A DNA stretch of 42,992 nucleotides from IMG/VR virus record IMGVR_UViG_3300022665_000250, positions 1-42,992 of that record; one strand, given 5' to 3'. Position 1 is the stretch's first letter; every line of letters begins with the position of its first letter. This document shows positions 9,419 to 19,034 of this stretch, piece after piece. This DNA comes from a virus. A program made the translations under genes and the position numbers. The notes under the pieces were generated by a model that was given only the letters and a program-made list of their open reading frames with translations, was not told the DNA's origin and did no database searches.

Positions 9419-10971
9419 TGCCAACCACCATTTTACAGCCGAAAGTAACAGTTAGCATTGTTAATGCTTCCGAAGCTGTCGAAAATGCAGATCAGAAAAT
9501 TTTATTCGTCGGTCAGAAAACATCTGCAGGTTCAGCCACTGCTGGCGCTTTAGTTGAGAGCATTTCCAATGGTGGCGCTGAAGATGCGTTATTTGGCAGT
9601 GATTCTATGCTTGCAACTATGATCCGGGCCAACAAGGTCAGAAATCAGCAAATTCAGATTGATGCAATTTCACTGGACGATGATGGGTCAGGTGTTGACG
9701 CTACAGGGACAATGGCTGTCACTGGTACGGCTACTGAGGACGGCACCCTGACTATAATTACGGGATCTGAAAAAAATCATAAATTTAGTATCGCAGTTAC
9801 ATCGGGCGATACTGCGACTGTTGTTGGCGATGCGATCGCGGCTGCTGTGAATGCTGATCTCGATGCGCCAGTTGATGCTGCGAATGTTACTGGCACTGTC
9901 ACCATGACAGCAGTCAATGCGGGCACTTATGGAAATAGCATTGGCTTGGAAATTAGAGGAGAAGTTGCCGGGCTGAGCACTGCCGTCACCGCAATGACTA
10001 GCGGCGCTACTGATCCGACATTAACCGGCGTTTTTGATGTAATTGGTGCTAGTCGTTATCAATCTATCGTGTGGCCTTATCCTGACGAACTGACCGAACT
10101 GACTGGCCTGCTTGATCCACGGTTTAATGCTGATGGCGCGGTACTTGACGGCGTTGGATTCACGGCAAAGACTGATACAGTTGCCAATTTGAAAACATTA
10201 GGTTCGGCGCCCAATAGTCAAAGTTTGGTTATTTTCGGTGATAAAACCGAATCTGAAACCGATTACAAAGGCCCGTCTATCGTTGAGATACCTATGGTCA
10301 AGGCTTCTCAGTTTGCAGGTTTCCGCGCTTTACGTTTAGATTCTGGTGGCTTCAGTATTGCTGATCTTGTTATCACTACCAACGGGCCATTAGACAGTTT
10401 TGGTGGCCCAGCACTAGCATCAAAACCATATTTCAACATGCCTTTTGCTAGTTTGTTACCCATTAAATCAGGCCGAGGCTTTGATGATTCAGAGATTGAA
10501 GACCTGAAAGATAACGGGATTACAGTGATGGGTAATAACCCGGCTGACAACACCGTTATCACCGGAGAAGTGGTCACGACTTACCTAACAGACAGCGCTG
10601 GCAATCCTGATGTGACATTCACGTTCTTGAATTTTGTGGATACGGCGACCCAATCCAGGGAGTACCGTTTCAATAACTACCGAGCACGGTTTGGACAATC
10701 ACGACTGACGGAAGGTGATGTGATAAAAGGTCGGGACATGGCTAACGAATTGGTAATTCGATCATTCAGCAAGCGGTTGTTTCAAGATTTAAGCGGGCCT
10801 GATTTTGTACTGTTCGAGGCCGGTGAAGATGCACTAAACTTTTTTGATGAAAACTTAGTAATCAGTATTGATAAAGCGTCTGGCACCGTTACTATTCAAA
10901 GCACTGATCCAATAGTCACTCAATTGCGCGGACTGACTGTCACTAGTAAAATAACATTCAGCATTAATTAA
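9418..10971 (+). CDS. contractile tail sheath protein
   Basis: 517-aa ORF with GGAG upstream. Size, position before the tube gene and Mu gpL-like N-terminus support the call. Confidence 0.8.
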   Translation: MPTTILQPKVTVSIVNASEAVENADQKILFVGQKTSAGSATAGALVESISNGGAEDALFGSDSMLATMIRANKVRNQQIQIDAISLDDDGSGVDATGTMAVTGTATEDGTLTIITGSEKNHKFSIAVTSGDTATVVGDAIAAAVNADLDAPVDAANVTGTVTMTAVNAGTYGNSIGLEIRGEVAGLSTAVTAMTSGATDPTLTGVFDVIGASRYQSIVWPYPDELTELTGLLDPRFNADGAVLDGVGFTAKTDTVANLKTLGSAPNSQSLVIFGDKTESETDYKGPSIVEIPMVKASQFAGFRALRLDSGGFSIADLVITTNGPLDSFGGPALASKPYFNMPFASLLPIKSGRGFDDSEIEDLKDNGITVMGNNPADNTVITGEVVTTYLTDSAGNPDVTFTFLNFVDTATQSREYRFNNYRARFGQSRLTEGDVIKGRDMANELVIRSFSKRLFQDLSGPDFVLFEAGEDALNFFDENLVISIDKASGTVTIQSTDPIVTQLRGLTVTSKITFSIN

Positions 10972-10985
10972 GGGGCTATCAGGTA

Positions 10986-11375
10986 ATGGCTACACAATTA
11001 AACGACCTCACCATTTTAGTCAATAATCAGCAGATTGCATATGCGGCTGATTCTCTGAGTTATAAAGATGGATTTGGTGAATACAAGGTTAGGAATGCTG
11101 TCGTTGGCGGCGGCGAGACTGAACAAGTGTTCAGCAAAGACCTAGCGACTAAATTTGGAATGGTTAAATTCTCTATGCCATCGACAAAGGAGAATGACGA
11201 TAATAAACGTGTTTGGAAAATTAACGACAATAACAACGTTGTTGAACTGATCGGCCCTGGCGGTTCAGGATTTACTAAGATATTTACCCAAGCATCAATT
11301 CTTGAAGATCCTGAGACAGCAGTATCGCAGGACGGAAACATTGAGGTTGAGTTTAATTCAAATCCTGCACAATAA
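10986..11375 (+). CDS. tail tube protein
   Basis: 129-aa ORF directly after the sheath gene (Mu gpM position). Confidence 0.65.
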   Translation: MATQLNDLTILVNNQQIAYAADSLSYKDGFGEYKVRNAVVGGGETEQVFSKDLATKFGMVKFSMPSTKENDDNKRVWKINDNNNVVELIGPGGSGFTKIFTQASILEDPETAVSQDGNIEVEFNSNPAQ

Positions 11376-11377
11376 TC

Positions 11378-12008
11378 TTTCGGAATGCCTTAGATTATGG
11401 CAGTGAATATTGCTGACAAATAACCCTTGAATCTATATGTACTTATCCTTATTCTTACTAGACATAACCACTTGAGGAATCCGTTAAGTCGGGCTTCTCG
11501 CAGAATAAAATACCTATTGTACGGCAAGAGCCTAATTACCTCTTGCCGCCGACATAAGTTTCGTCCATTTCGACAATGCCGCTTAGGAGTTCGCCCTGAT
11601 AGACCATAGCGTCACGTATCTTCATACTAATCCGCCAGGCAGTGTTCTTGTTGATATCAAGGTCACGAGCTAGCTGGCGAGCCGACAAACCCTTCTTGGC
11701 ATTCAAAATTAGACTGATTGCTAAGAACCATGTTTGAATCGGTATGTGGGTGTGATGAAATATTGTGCCCACGGTGACGCTAAATGAATTATTGCAGTTA
11801 TTACAATGATAACGCCTGCTGTTCTTCATCGGTGTTTGATTCGTTGATTTGCAGTACGGACAAATAGGATGATTGTTCCATCTGACGCTCTCTAGATGAT
11901 CTATACAGTCAGATTCATTGGGGAATTTATTGATTATCTGTATAATGTTCATAAGATAGTATTATCTCTTAATTTGGTTTTACTATCTTAAACTAATACA
12001 TTCCGAAA
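11378..12008. mobile_element. mini-IS-like insertion bounded by 10-bp perfect terminal inverted repeats, carrying a truncated IS1595-type transposase gene
   Basis: TTTCGGAATG at 11378-11387 is the reverse complement of CATTCCGAAA at 11999-12008. The segment sits exactly between the tube gene stop (11375) and the chaperone gene start (12029). It contains one antisense ORF. Confidence 0.5.
11536..11952 (-). CDS. IS1595-family transposase, N-terminal zinc-ribbon + HTH part only (no DDE domain)
   Basis: 138 aa with CPYC...CNNC zinc ribbon, LSARQLARDLDINKNTAWR HTH, and an end at VEMDETYVGGKR. Full-length ISXO2/IS1595 transposases begin their DDE domain at that point. Confidence 0.75.
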   Translation of the reverse strand: MNIIQIINKFPNESDCIDHLESVRWNNHPICPYCKSTNQTPMKNSRRYHCNNCNNSFSVTVGTIFHHTHIPIQTWFLAISLILNAKKGLSARQLARDLDINKNTAWRISMKIRDAMVYQGELLSGIVEMDETYVGGKR

Positions 12009-12013
12009 AGCAA
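11985..12013 (-). promoter_or_regulatory. candidate sigma70 promoter for the IS1595-like gene
   Basis: On the minus strand: TTGCTT, 17-nt spacer, TAAGAT. The -10 lies inside the 9-bp inverted repeat AAGATAGTA(11953-61)/TACTATCTT(11981-89). Confidence 0.35.
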
Positions 12014-12028
12014 TATAGTGGGGTCACT

Positions 12029-12466
12029 ATGAGTGAAGTAATTACAGAACTGAAAGACGGTTTTAGCTATGCATTTAAAGGCGAGGAACAAAACGCAACG
12101 TTTATTACTCTTTTGCCGCCAACTTTCAAACAAATTGATAAGATCGCTCCATTAAAACAGGCGTTTGTTTGCGCTATTAATGAGATATCACAAGATGTCC
12201 AGCAATCTGCTGATGATGTTGAAGAATCTGCTGATGACAGTATTACTGGTCCGCAAATCTTAGTATTGTTGTACCGATCTACCTGTGATATGACTAAAGT
12301 TTTCCTTCATGCTAAAGATTTATTTAACTCTGGTGCTGCGCTGGTTGACGGTGAAACTAAATTAACTATACCGTTGATGGAAAAAATGAGTGTGCCTGAT
12401 TTTGAAAAATTAGTGGGGGATTATCTGGCAAATTTTATCGCACCATCCCTGATGGATGGACTATAA
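12029..12466 (+). CDS. tail assembly chaperone (G-like, Mu gp41 position)
   Basis: 145-aa acidic ORF between the tube and tape measure genes. Confidence 0.6.
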   Translation: MSEVITELKDGFSYAFKGEEQNATFITLLPPTFKQIDKIAPLKQAFVCAINEISQDVQQSADDVEESADDSITGPQILVLLYRSTCDMTKVFLHAKDLFNSGAALVDGETKLTIPLMEKMSVPDFEKLVGDYLANFIAPSLMDGL

Positions 12467-12627
12467 AAAAACACAGGCTTGAACTATGTAAGCTTGCCTT
12501 TTTTTATGAAGGCGGAATTCCATATGATTCTTTGGTGGCAATGCCATTAGATGAATTTTTTGCAGTGGTAGATTGTGCTAATGAGATAGCGGCGCAAAGA
12601 AAGCGGGAAGCGGAAAAGCATGGCTAA
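12029..12627 (+). CDS. tail assembly chaperone G-T fusion made by -1 programmed frameshift near 12436
   Basis: The -1 frame is open from 12406 to TAA 12625-27 and encodes ...FFYEGGIPYDSLVAMPLDEFFAVVDCANEIAAQRKREAEKHG, which resembles P2 GpE-type tails. A slippery heptamer lies in the correct phase. The stop overlaps the tape measure start. Confidence 0.5.
12430..12436 (+). promoter_or_regulatory. -1 frameshift slippery heptamer A_AAT_TTT
   Basis: The zero-frame codons GCA AAT TTT give an X_XXY_YYZ pattern. This is the only such site inside the 60-nt overlap of the two open frames. Confidence 0.45.
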
Positions 12628-14239
12628 TCAAGTTTCTTTTATTGTCAGACTGCAAGACAAATATAGTGCTGCTGCTGCTAATATTTCCCGCGCAACCGAT
12701 AAAATTAATCGGAAAATGGGCAGCTTGAGTAAAAAAATCAACCAAGTCCAAAAAGATTTCCAAAAATTCGGCAAGAAAGCAGTTAAAGCAGGCGCTTTAA
12801 TAGTTGCTGCATTCTTTCCTGCTAATTTGGCAATGGCGAAAACTGTAAAACAATCGATAGCAATGGAAGACGCAATGTCTGATATTGGTCGCGTTGTTAC
12901 AGCAACATCAGATCAATTATTAAAATTTGAAAACAAACTCGAATCTATGAGCGAGCGCCTTGGAAAAAGCAAGGTTGGTCTTGCGGAAATGGCATTTGAG
13001 GGAGGAAAGCTTGGCATAGCTTTAAAAGATATGGAGCCATTTTTGGATCTTGTATCAAAAACAGCTATTGCTTTTGATCTGCAAGATCAGGAAGCCGGTA
13101 GATCGATAGGATCAATAAGAGCAAAAATGGGGTTAATGAACGATGACGTTAAAATTTTACTAGATAGTATAAATTTTCTTGCCGACAACACGTCAGCCAG
13201 TGGGGCAAGAATGATAAATATTATTGAAAGAATATCAGGAACGATGTCAATATTGAAAATCCCTCCAAAAGCAACGGCCGCTCTTGCTGGATTTGCAGAT
13301 CAATTAGAGGTGACAGGCGAACTTGCTGCTAGCGGGATAAATATGTTTATTTCCAGGATGCAAAGAATGCCAGGGATGACAACAAAATTAATGGCAGATC
13401 CGTTAGGCACCGTCCAGGAAATGCTGGAAAGAATGGCCAAAATGGGGCCGGAACTTCAGAGTAGATTTATAAGAAAGGCGTTTGGCGATGAAGCTGGTCG
13501 GTTTGTTAAGAAAATGGTTGCTAATGTCGATCTATTTGGAAAGACAATTGATTCCGCATTTTCTACAAAAGCTGTTGGATCAATGCAGCGAGAGCTTGAA
13601 AACCAGTTAAAAAGATCAAGCAAAGTGTTTCAGGTATTTGAACAGACATCGACTAACACGATGGATTCTATCGGCGATGCAATTAAGCCACTTGTAGTAT
13701 CCATTGCAAGATTGGTAACTCCGCTGATAAATGGATTGGGAGAGTTCGCCAAAGCTAACCCGAAACTCGTTAAATTTTTGGCCGTTTTCTCGGCAATTGC
13801 CACGGCTGTGGGAGTAATGACGATTGTCATAGGCGGCTTGGCAATTGCTATTGGATTAGTATCTGCACCGATACTAATTGTAATGGCTGCTATTGCCGCA
13901 TTATCAGCCACAATTGTATTCTGGGAAGATTTCAAGTCGGCAGCAGTCAGCGCTGTCAATGCAATAATTTCGGTTTTGAATAACTTGCTCAAGCCATTAA
14001 ATTTCGTTCTTGAAACGATAGGATTTGATGCCATCAAAATACCTGAGATCAAAACTTCTTCATCAGTTGTTATTGATGAGTCACCTGCAGCCCCATCTGC
14101 ACCTATAAATAATGGTGGCGGGTCAATTAACGGCGCAATCACTGTCAGTGCGACAGAGGGTGCCAAAGTCGAAAAAACGAAGATGCAGACCAAAGGTGCA
14201 GGGCTTAATTTCGGTATGAATATGGCAGAGGCGTTGTAA
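12620..14239 (+). CDS. tail tape measure protein
   Basis: 539 aa with a TP901-type core (DIGRVVTATSDQLLKFENKLESMSERLG), a hydrophobic C-terminal segment and the expected position. Confidence 0.8.
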   Translation: MANQVSFIVRLQDKYSAAAANISRATDKINRKMGSLSKKINQVQKDFQKFGKKAVKAGALIVAAFFPANLAMAKTVKQSIAMEDAMSDIGRVVTATSDQLLKFENKLESMSERLGKSKVGLAEMAFEGGKLGIALKDMEPFLDLVSKTAIAFDLQDQEAGRSIGSIRAKMGLMNDDVKILLDSINFLADNTSASGARMINIIERISGTMSILKIPPKATAALAGFADQLEVTGELAASGINMFISRMQRMPGMTTKLMADPLGTVQEMLERMAKMGPELQSRFIRKAFGDEAGRFVKKMVANVDLFGKTIDSAFSTKAVGSMQRELENQLKRSSKVFQVFEQTSTNTMDSIGDAIKPLVVSIARLVTPLINGLGEFAKANPKLVKFLAVFSAIATAVGVMTIVIGGLAIAIGLVSAPILIVMAAIAALSATIVFWEDFKSAAVSAVNAIISVLNNLLKPLNFVLETIGFDAIKIPEIKTSSSVVIDESPAAPSAPINNGGGSINGAITVSATEGAKVEKTKMQTKGAGLNFGMNMAEAL

Positions 14240-15435
14240 TGGCTGACGAATCGGCAATCATTGACGGCACATACCGAGGCATCCGAATACGAATTGCTTC
14301 AGGGTCTGTCACTGGCGGACGAAAAGTATCAATCAAACGTTTCCCAGGTCGTGACACAAATGCTATTGAAGACTTGGGCGGTGTCCCGCGATCCTACCGA
14401 CTTGAGATCATTGTTTCTGATTTGCAGGGGCAGGACTATTTCTCTTACCGTGACAGCCTGATTGCTGCACTAGAACAAAAAGGCCCGGCGATTCTTGAAC
14501 ATCCGCTTTACGGTCGGATTGAGAACGTTGTATGTACAACATTTAGCTTCAATGAAAACTTCAGTGAGTTCGGTCGAACCATTGTTTCAGCATCGTTTGA
14601 AATCGATGAAAACACAGGCATACCACAGCAGACTATTACTGCGCTATCTCAAATCACCGCAGCCCAAACAGCGGTGATCAGTGCGGTCAACAATGACGTT
14701 GCTGATAATTTCTCAGTTACTACCAAATTCACTAATAACTTCGGCACTGCAGTAGATAAAGTTAATGCGATAGTTGATTCCGCCAAATCAGCCACATCAT
14801 TTGTCGGTGATGCTGCCACAGATATCAATCAGATCAGCGCAATTATTGGCGAATTGTCTAGCAATGTGAATTCATTGATCACCGCGCCACAGTCACTAGC
14901 TGATGCGATTGAGAATGTATTTTCCAATATCAATGGGTTGATAGGTACTGTTGAAAATACAGCCAAAACAATGGCGGCATTTTTTGGTTTTGGCGATGAT
15001 GCTGCTGTACTGGCAAAAACAACAGCAGGACGTACTGAGCGGGCAAATAATGACGTCATACTGAATGCGGCTGTTAATATCCCAGCGTTGAGTTATGCGT
15101 ATACAAACACCGCACAGTCAGCATTTGAAACCGTTGAGCAAATCGACGTAGCAGCCAATGAATTAGAGACACAGTATCAACGAGTAATTCAAAGTGATTT
15201 CAATCAGGCAGCAAAAGACGCATTAACCGATCAAAGAGTAATCACGCAGCAATTCTTCGACGAACAACGTTTGACCCTTCGCCAAGTCATTGATGTGTTC
15301 ACACCTACCACCAGCGTTAGATTATTAAGTTATCAGTACTATGCCGAATCGGAATCAGGCGAAGATATAGCGCTGTTGAATAATGTTGCCGATGTGTCAT
15401 TTATTGAAGATGATGTGAGGATATTGACAGCATGA
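14239..15435 (+). CDS. DNA circulation protein-like tail/baseplate protein (Mu gp43/N family)
   Basis: The N-terminus (YRGIRIRIASGSVTGGRKVSIKRFPGRD...IEDLG...) is typical of the Mu DNA circulation N-terminal domain. Confidence 0.75.
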   Translation: MADESAIIDGTYRGIRIRIASGSVTGGRKVSIKRFPGRDTNAIEDLGGVPRSYRLEIIVSDLQGQDYFSYRDSLIAALEQKGPAILEHPLYGRIENVVCTTFSFNENFSEFGRTIVSASFEIDENTGIPQQTITALSQITAAQTAVISAVNNDVADNFSVTTKFTNNFGTAVDKVNAIVDSAKSATSFVGDAATDINQISAIIGELSSNVNSLITAPQSLADAIENVFSNINGLIGTVENTAKTMAAFFGFGDDAAVLAKTTAGRTERANNDVILNAAVNIPALSYAYTNTAQSAFETVEQIDVAANELETQYQRVIQSDFNQAAKDALTDQRVITQQFFDEQRLTLRQVIDVFTPTTSVRLLSYQYYAESESGEDIALLNNVADVSFIEDDVRILTA

Positions 15436-16520
15436 GACTGGAAGTTAAAGGCGTTCAGTACGACAATTTCATATCAGCCAGTTGTGAGATTAGGCTGGAT
15501 GCTTTGTCGAATACTTTCAGTTTTGAAGCGTCATTGCCGGAAGGCGAGCCGTTACCATTCAAAGGCGGAGATCCTGTCAAGGTACTGGTTGACGGCGAAC
15601 TGGCGCTCACTGGTAGCATTGAGATCATAGAGGTCACCTATAATGCTGATAACCACGTAGTTACAGTATCCGGACGGGATAAAACGGGTGATCTGCTGGA
15701 CAGTAGTATTGACGCGTTAGCAGATTTGCGTGCCGATAATCTCACATTGAAGAACGTGATTGAGACGATTATTGATAATATAGGCGCAGACATAACGGTA
15801 ATTGATAATGCGAATCCTGAACCATTCAATCCGGCCGAAGATATCGCCAGTCCTGAAGCGGGTGACAATGCGTTTGCGTTTATTGAAAAATTCAGCCGGA
15901 AACGTCAAGTCCTATTGACCTCTGACGCCAATGGCAATGTTGTCATTGAAACCAATAGGGGTCAAACGGCTGAGGGCTCGATTCAACACATTATCGGCGC
16001 ATCTGACAACAATGTATTAGCGTCAGAATTTAGATTTGACACTACAGGGCGATTCAATATCTATAAATTCGCTTCACAGTTAAACCCCGCCGCTCTGAAT
16101 TCTGCTGGCGATACTGACCCCACATCTATAGTAGATCAGAGCGGCGGGGTATCTGATGCTGAAATTAGAGCAGGGAGACAACTAATTCTAGTTGCTGAGT
16201 CGCCATTCTCATCGACTCAGGATGAAAAACGTGCCAAATGGGAATTGGATATCAGAAGAGCTCGTGGGCTGATTTATTCAGCTACAGTGCCAGGCTTTAG
16301 GGTTGGCGGTGATACTGGCGACTTATGGAAAATAAACAGGTTGTATCAAATTGTTGATGACTATTTGGGCAAACAAGAACCAATGCTAGCAAACTCAATC
16401 ACGTTTAGTATTGATGTTGATAACGGGCGACAAACTGCCATCGGGTTTGTTGACGAAAAGTCATATAGTCTGAGTTTAGCTAAACCAAAAACCAGCGAGA
16501 CGGCCACCGATGTTGTTTAG
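15432..16520 (+). CDS. baseplate hub protein (Mu gp44/P family)
   Basis: 362 aa, in Mu gene order, with ATGA overlap to the upstream gene. Confidence 0.7.
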   Translation: MRLEVKGVQYDNFISASCEIRLDALSNTFSFEASLPEGEPLPFKGGDPVKVLVDGELALTGSIEIIEVTYNADNHVVTVSGRDKTGDLLDSSIDALADLRADNLTLKNVIETIIDNIGADITVIDNANPEPFNPAEDIASPEAGDNAFAFIEKFSRKRQVLLTSDANGNVVIETNRGQTAEGSIQHIIGASDNNVLASEFRFDTTGRFNIYKFASQLNPAALNSAGDTDPTSIVDQSGGVSDAEIRAGRQLILVAESPFSSTQDEKRAKWELDIRRARGLIYSATVPGFRVGGDTGDLWKINRLYQIVDDYLGKQEPMLANSITFSIDVDNGRQTAIGFVDEKSYSLSLAKPKTSETATDVV

Positions 16521-17025
16521 AAATACAAATAGATGGGCCAGGATCACTAAAGCGGGCAGTGATGATAAACAATTCGCTACCCAACAGCTGGAATACATGG
16601 GTAAAGTTGCCGATGCTTTGATGGTTTTCCCCTATGGATTCCACGCAAATATTTCGCCAGATGCTTTGGTGTTAATGTCTGCCATTGGCGACGATCCAGA
16701 GAATAGGGCGGCTATCGGAGGGGCGGCAAAAAACCGACCTACGCTTGCTGAGGGTGAGGTTGCATTTTATCATCCGCCTACGGATGCATTTATAATCTGG
16801 AGGGATAACGGTGATTTAGAGATAGAAACAGGTAACGGTGGGACTGCTGATATCAATATCACGACGACGACAATAAACATAACAGCAGATGTCAATATCA
16901 TAGGTAATACTACGTTTACAGGTGAGGTGACAGCTAACGGTAAGGATATCGGTGATACTCATGGTCACGCGCAAGGTTCTGATTCTAATGGCGACACACA
17001 AGCTAACATCAGCGGGGTGACATAA
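16510..17025 (+). CDS. baseplate spike / assembly protein V (Mu gp45 family)
   Basis: 171 aa with a C-terminal GDTHGHAQGSDSNGDT metal-binding-like apex motif. Position fits. Confidence 0.65.
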   Translation: MLFRNTNRWARITKAGSDDKQFATQQLEYMGKVADALMVFPYGFHANISPDALVLMSAIGDDPENRAAIGGAAKNRPTLAEGEVAFYHPPTDAFIIWRDNGDLEIETGNGGTADINITTTTINITADVNIIGNTTFTGEVTANGKDIGDTHGHAQGSDSNGDTQANISGVT

Positions 17026-17480
17026 TGTCAGCTGAACTAGATGCGGTATTAACTGTTGATACAACAACTGGTCTATTCGACATATCAATCGACAGCGATG
17101 GTGATATTTTAACTGATGATTTTTTCGACACCGCTATTCTTTATAGTTTGTTTGGCGAACGTCGTGCGTCATCGTCTGAAGTATCTGAAGCAAGGTTGCG
17201 TCGAGGTTGGATAGGTAGCGAATTCTCAGATTTTGAAAATGGCTCAAAACTATGGTTGCTGAGCCAAGCGCGAATAACCAGGACAATCTTGTCAAGAGTT
17301 GAAGATGAAGCGGCAAAAGCCTTACAATGGTTAGTAGATGATGGTTTAGCAGTTGCTATATCAGACGTGACGGCCACGGTCAGCGATGGTAATGTTGAAT
17401 TAGAGTTAACAATAGAACGCAGTACTGACAACGTTGAGCGACGATTTTTTGAATTGTGGCAAAATACTGGAATTCGATAG
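17025..17480 (+). CDS. baseplate protein GP46 family (T4 gp25-like)
   Basis: Contains RRGWIGSEF...GSKLWLLSQARIT....AAKALQWLVDDGLA, the Mu gp46 signature. Confidence 0.8.
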   Translation: MSAELDAVLTVDTTTGLFDISIDSDGDILTDDFFDTAILYSLFGERRASSSEVSEARLRRGWIGSEFSDFENGSKLWLLSQARITRTILSRVEDEAAKALQWLVDDGLAVAISDVTATVSDGNVELELTIERSTDNVERRFFELWQNTGIR

Positions 17481-19034
17481 ATGACAATTGAAATACCTGA
17501 TTCGGCGTTAGAGGTTGATAATCGGTCAAAAGCTGATGTTCAGCGTGAGCTATCTGCATCCAATCCGTTTTTAAAAAATAGCTGGTTAGGCGCTTTGATC
17601 ACTTCAACAGCTAATCGTATATTTGATTTTTATCTACAATTAACAGAAGCAATTCGTCAAAACTTCCCTGACACTGCTACTGAAGATTTTCTAATAAGGT
17701 GGGCCGCAATATGGGGCAAGGAGAAAGCAGCTGCCACTGATGCGACAGGCAATGTGGTTGCTACTGGTACGGCGGCCGCAATAATACCATCAGGAACAAT
17801 ACTGACAGGTAGCGAAGGAAACTATCTAACAACGTCAAGCGCCACAATTTCAACTCAATCAATCAGTATTTCGGGAATAGTCAGATCAGGACAGACGGCC
17901 ACGGTCAGTACGGTCAGTGATCATGGACTAGCTAACAACGTGCCTATGACTATATCCGGCGCTGACCAGACGGCATACAATGTGTCCGCCGCTGTCATTA
18001 CTGTCACAGGATTAAACGCATTTGAATATCAGGTTGCAGGTACGCCGGTCACGCCCGCGACAGGCACTATTCTTGCCGCGTTTACTTCAGCCAGTGTGCC
18101 TATCATTTCTGATGATTTTGGGGCTGATATCAATCTTGATACAGGTGAAGAAGTATCACTGCAAAGCCCCATAGTTAATGTTGATGATACATTAACGGTT
18201 GATTTTGGTGCTGTTGGTGGCGGGACTGATCAGGAAACGGATGCTAGTCTTAGTATTCGTATGTTGGATCGGATTCAAAATCCTGTAGCACATTTTAATG
18301 CTGCTGATATTATCGACAAGGCGAAAGAAGTTGCAGGTGTCACCAGGGTATTTGTGCAGGAAGCCGGGTTTGAAATTGGTACAGCGGCGATTACATCCAT
18401 TATTCGATCAGGTAACGTTGCCACAGTTACACTCACTGCATCTGCTGATTTTCAAAGCGGTCAGACTGTCACGATTACAGGGGCAAATGAATCAGATTAC
18501 AATGTCACTGACGCGCCCATACTGGTAGAAAGTACAACTGTATTTCACTATATCGTAGCTAACACACCCACGACGCCTGCAACGGGAACGATCATATCAA
18601 CTGTCACCGTATCGATCGGTCAAGTGCGTGTATTTTTCATGCGAGATAATGATGATAGTTCAATTCCTTCAGGATCTGAAGTGGCTGTCGTTCGTGCTGA
18701 GATTGAAACAATTTTGCCAGCAAATACTGACGAAGCTAATGATTTGTTCGTACTAGCGCCAACGGCGGTCACCACCGATTACACTTTTACAACATTGGTC
18801 CCTGATACATCAACCATGCGTGCTGCTATTATCGCAAACTTACAGGCGTTCTATGCTGATAATACATCAGTAGGTGTCGATATAGATCAAGATGCATACA
18901 GAGCGGCAATATTTAACACCGTGGATACAGAAACAGGCAGTCTCGTGCAGTCTTTTGATTTAAGTACACCTATCACTGATATCACAATTGAATCTGATGA
19001 AATAGGCGTATTGGGTAACGTGGTGTTTAGTTAA
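17481..19034 (+). CDS. baseplate J-like protein (Mu gp47 family) with two inserted repeat domains
   Basis: 517 aa at the expected position. The internal duplicated ~80-aa segments end in TPVTPATGTILA and TPTTPATGTIIS. Confidence 0.75.
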   Translation: MTIEIPDSALEVDNRSKADVQRELSASNPFLKNSWLGALITSTANRIFDFYLQLTEAIRQNFPDTATEDFLIRWAAIWGKEKAAATDATGNVVATGTAAAIIPSGTILTGSEGNYLTTSSATISTQSISISGIVRSGQTATVSTVSDHGLANNVPMTISGADQTAYNVSAAVITVTGLNAFEYQVAGTPVTPATGTILAAFTSASVPIISDDFGADINLDTGEEVSLQSPIVNVDDTLTVDFGAVGGGTDQETDASLSIRMLDRIQNPVAHFNAADIIDKAKEVAGVTRVFVQEAGFEIGTAAITSIIRSGNVATVTLTASADFQSGQTVTITGANESDYNVTDAPILVESTTVFHYIVANTPTTPATGTIISTVTVSIGQVRVFFMRDNDDSSIPSGSEVAVVRAEIETILPANTDEANDLFVLAPTAVTTDYTFTTLVPDTSTMRAAIIANLQAFYADNTSVGVDIDQDAYRAAIFNTVDTETGSLVQSFDLSTPITDITIESDEIGVLGNVVFS

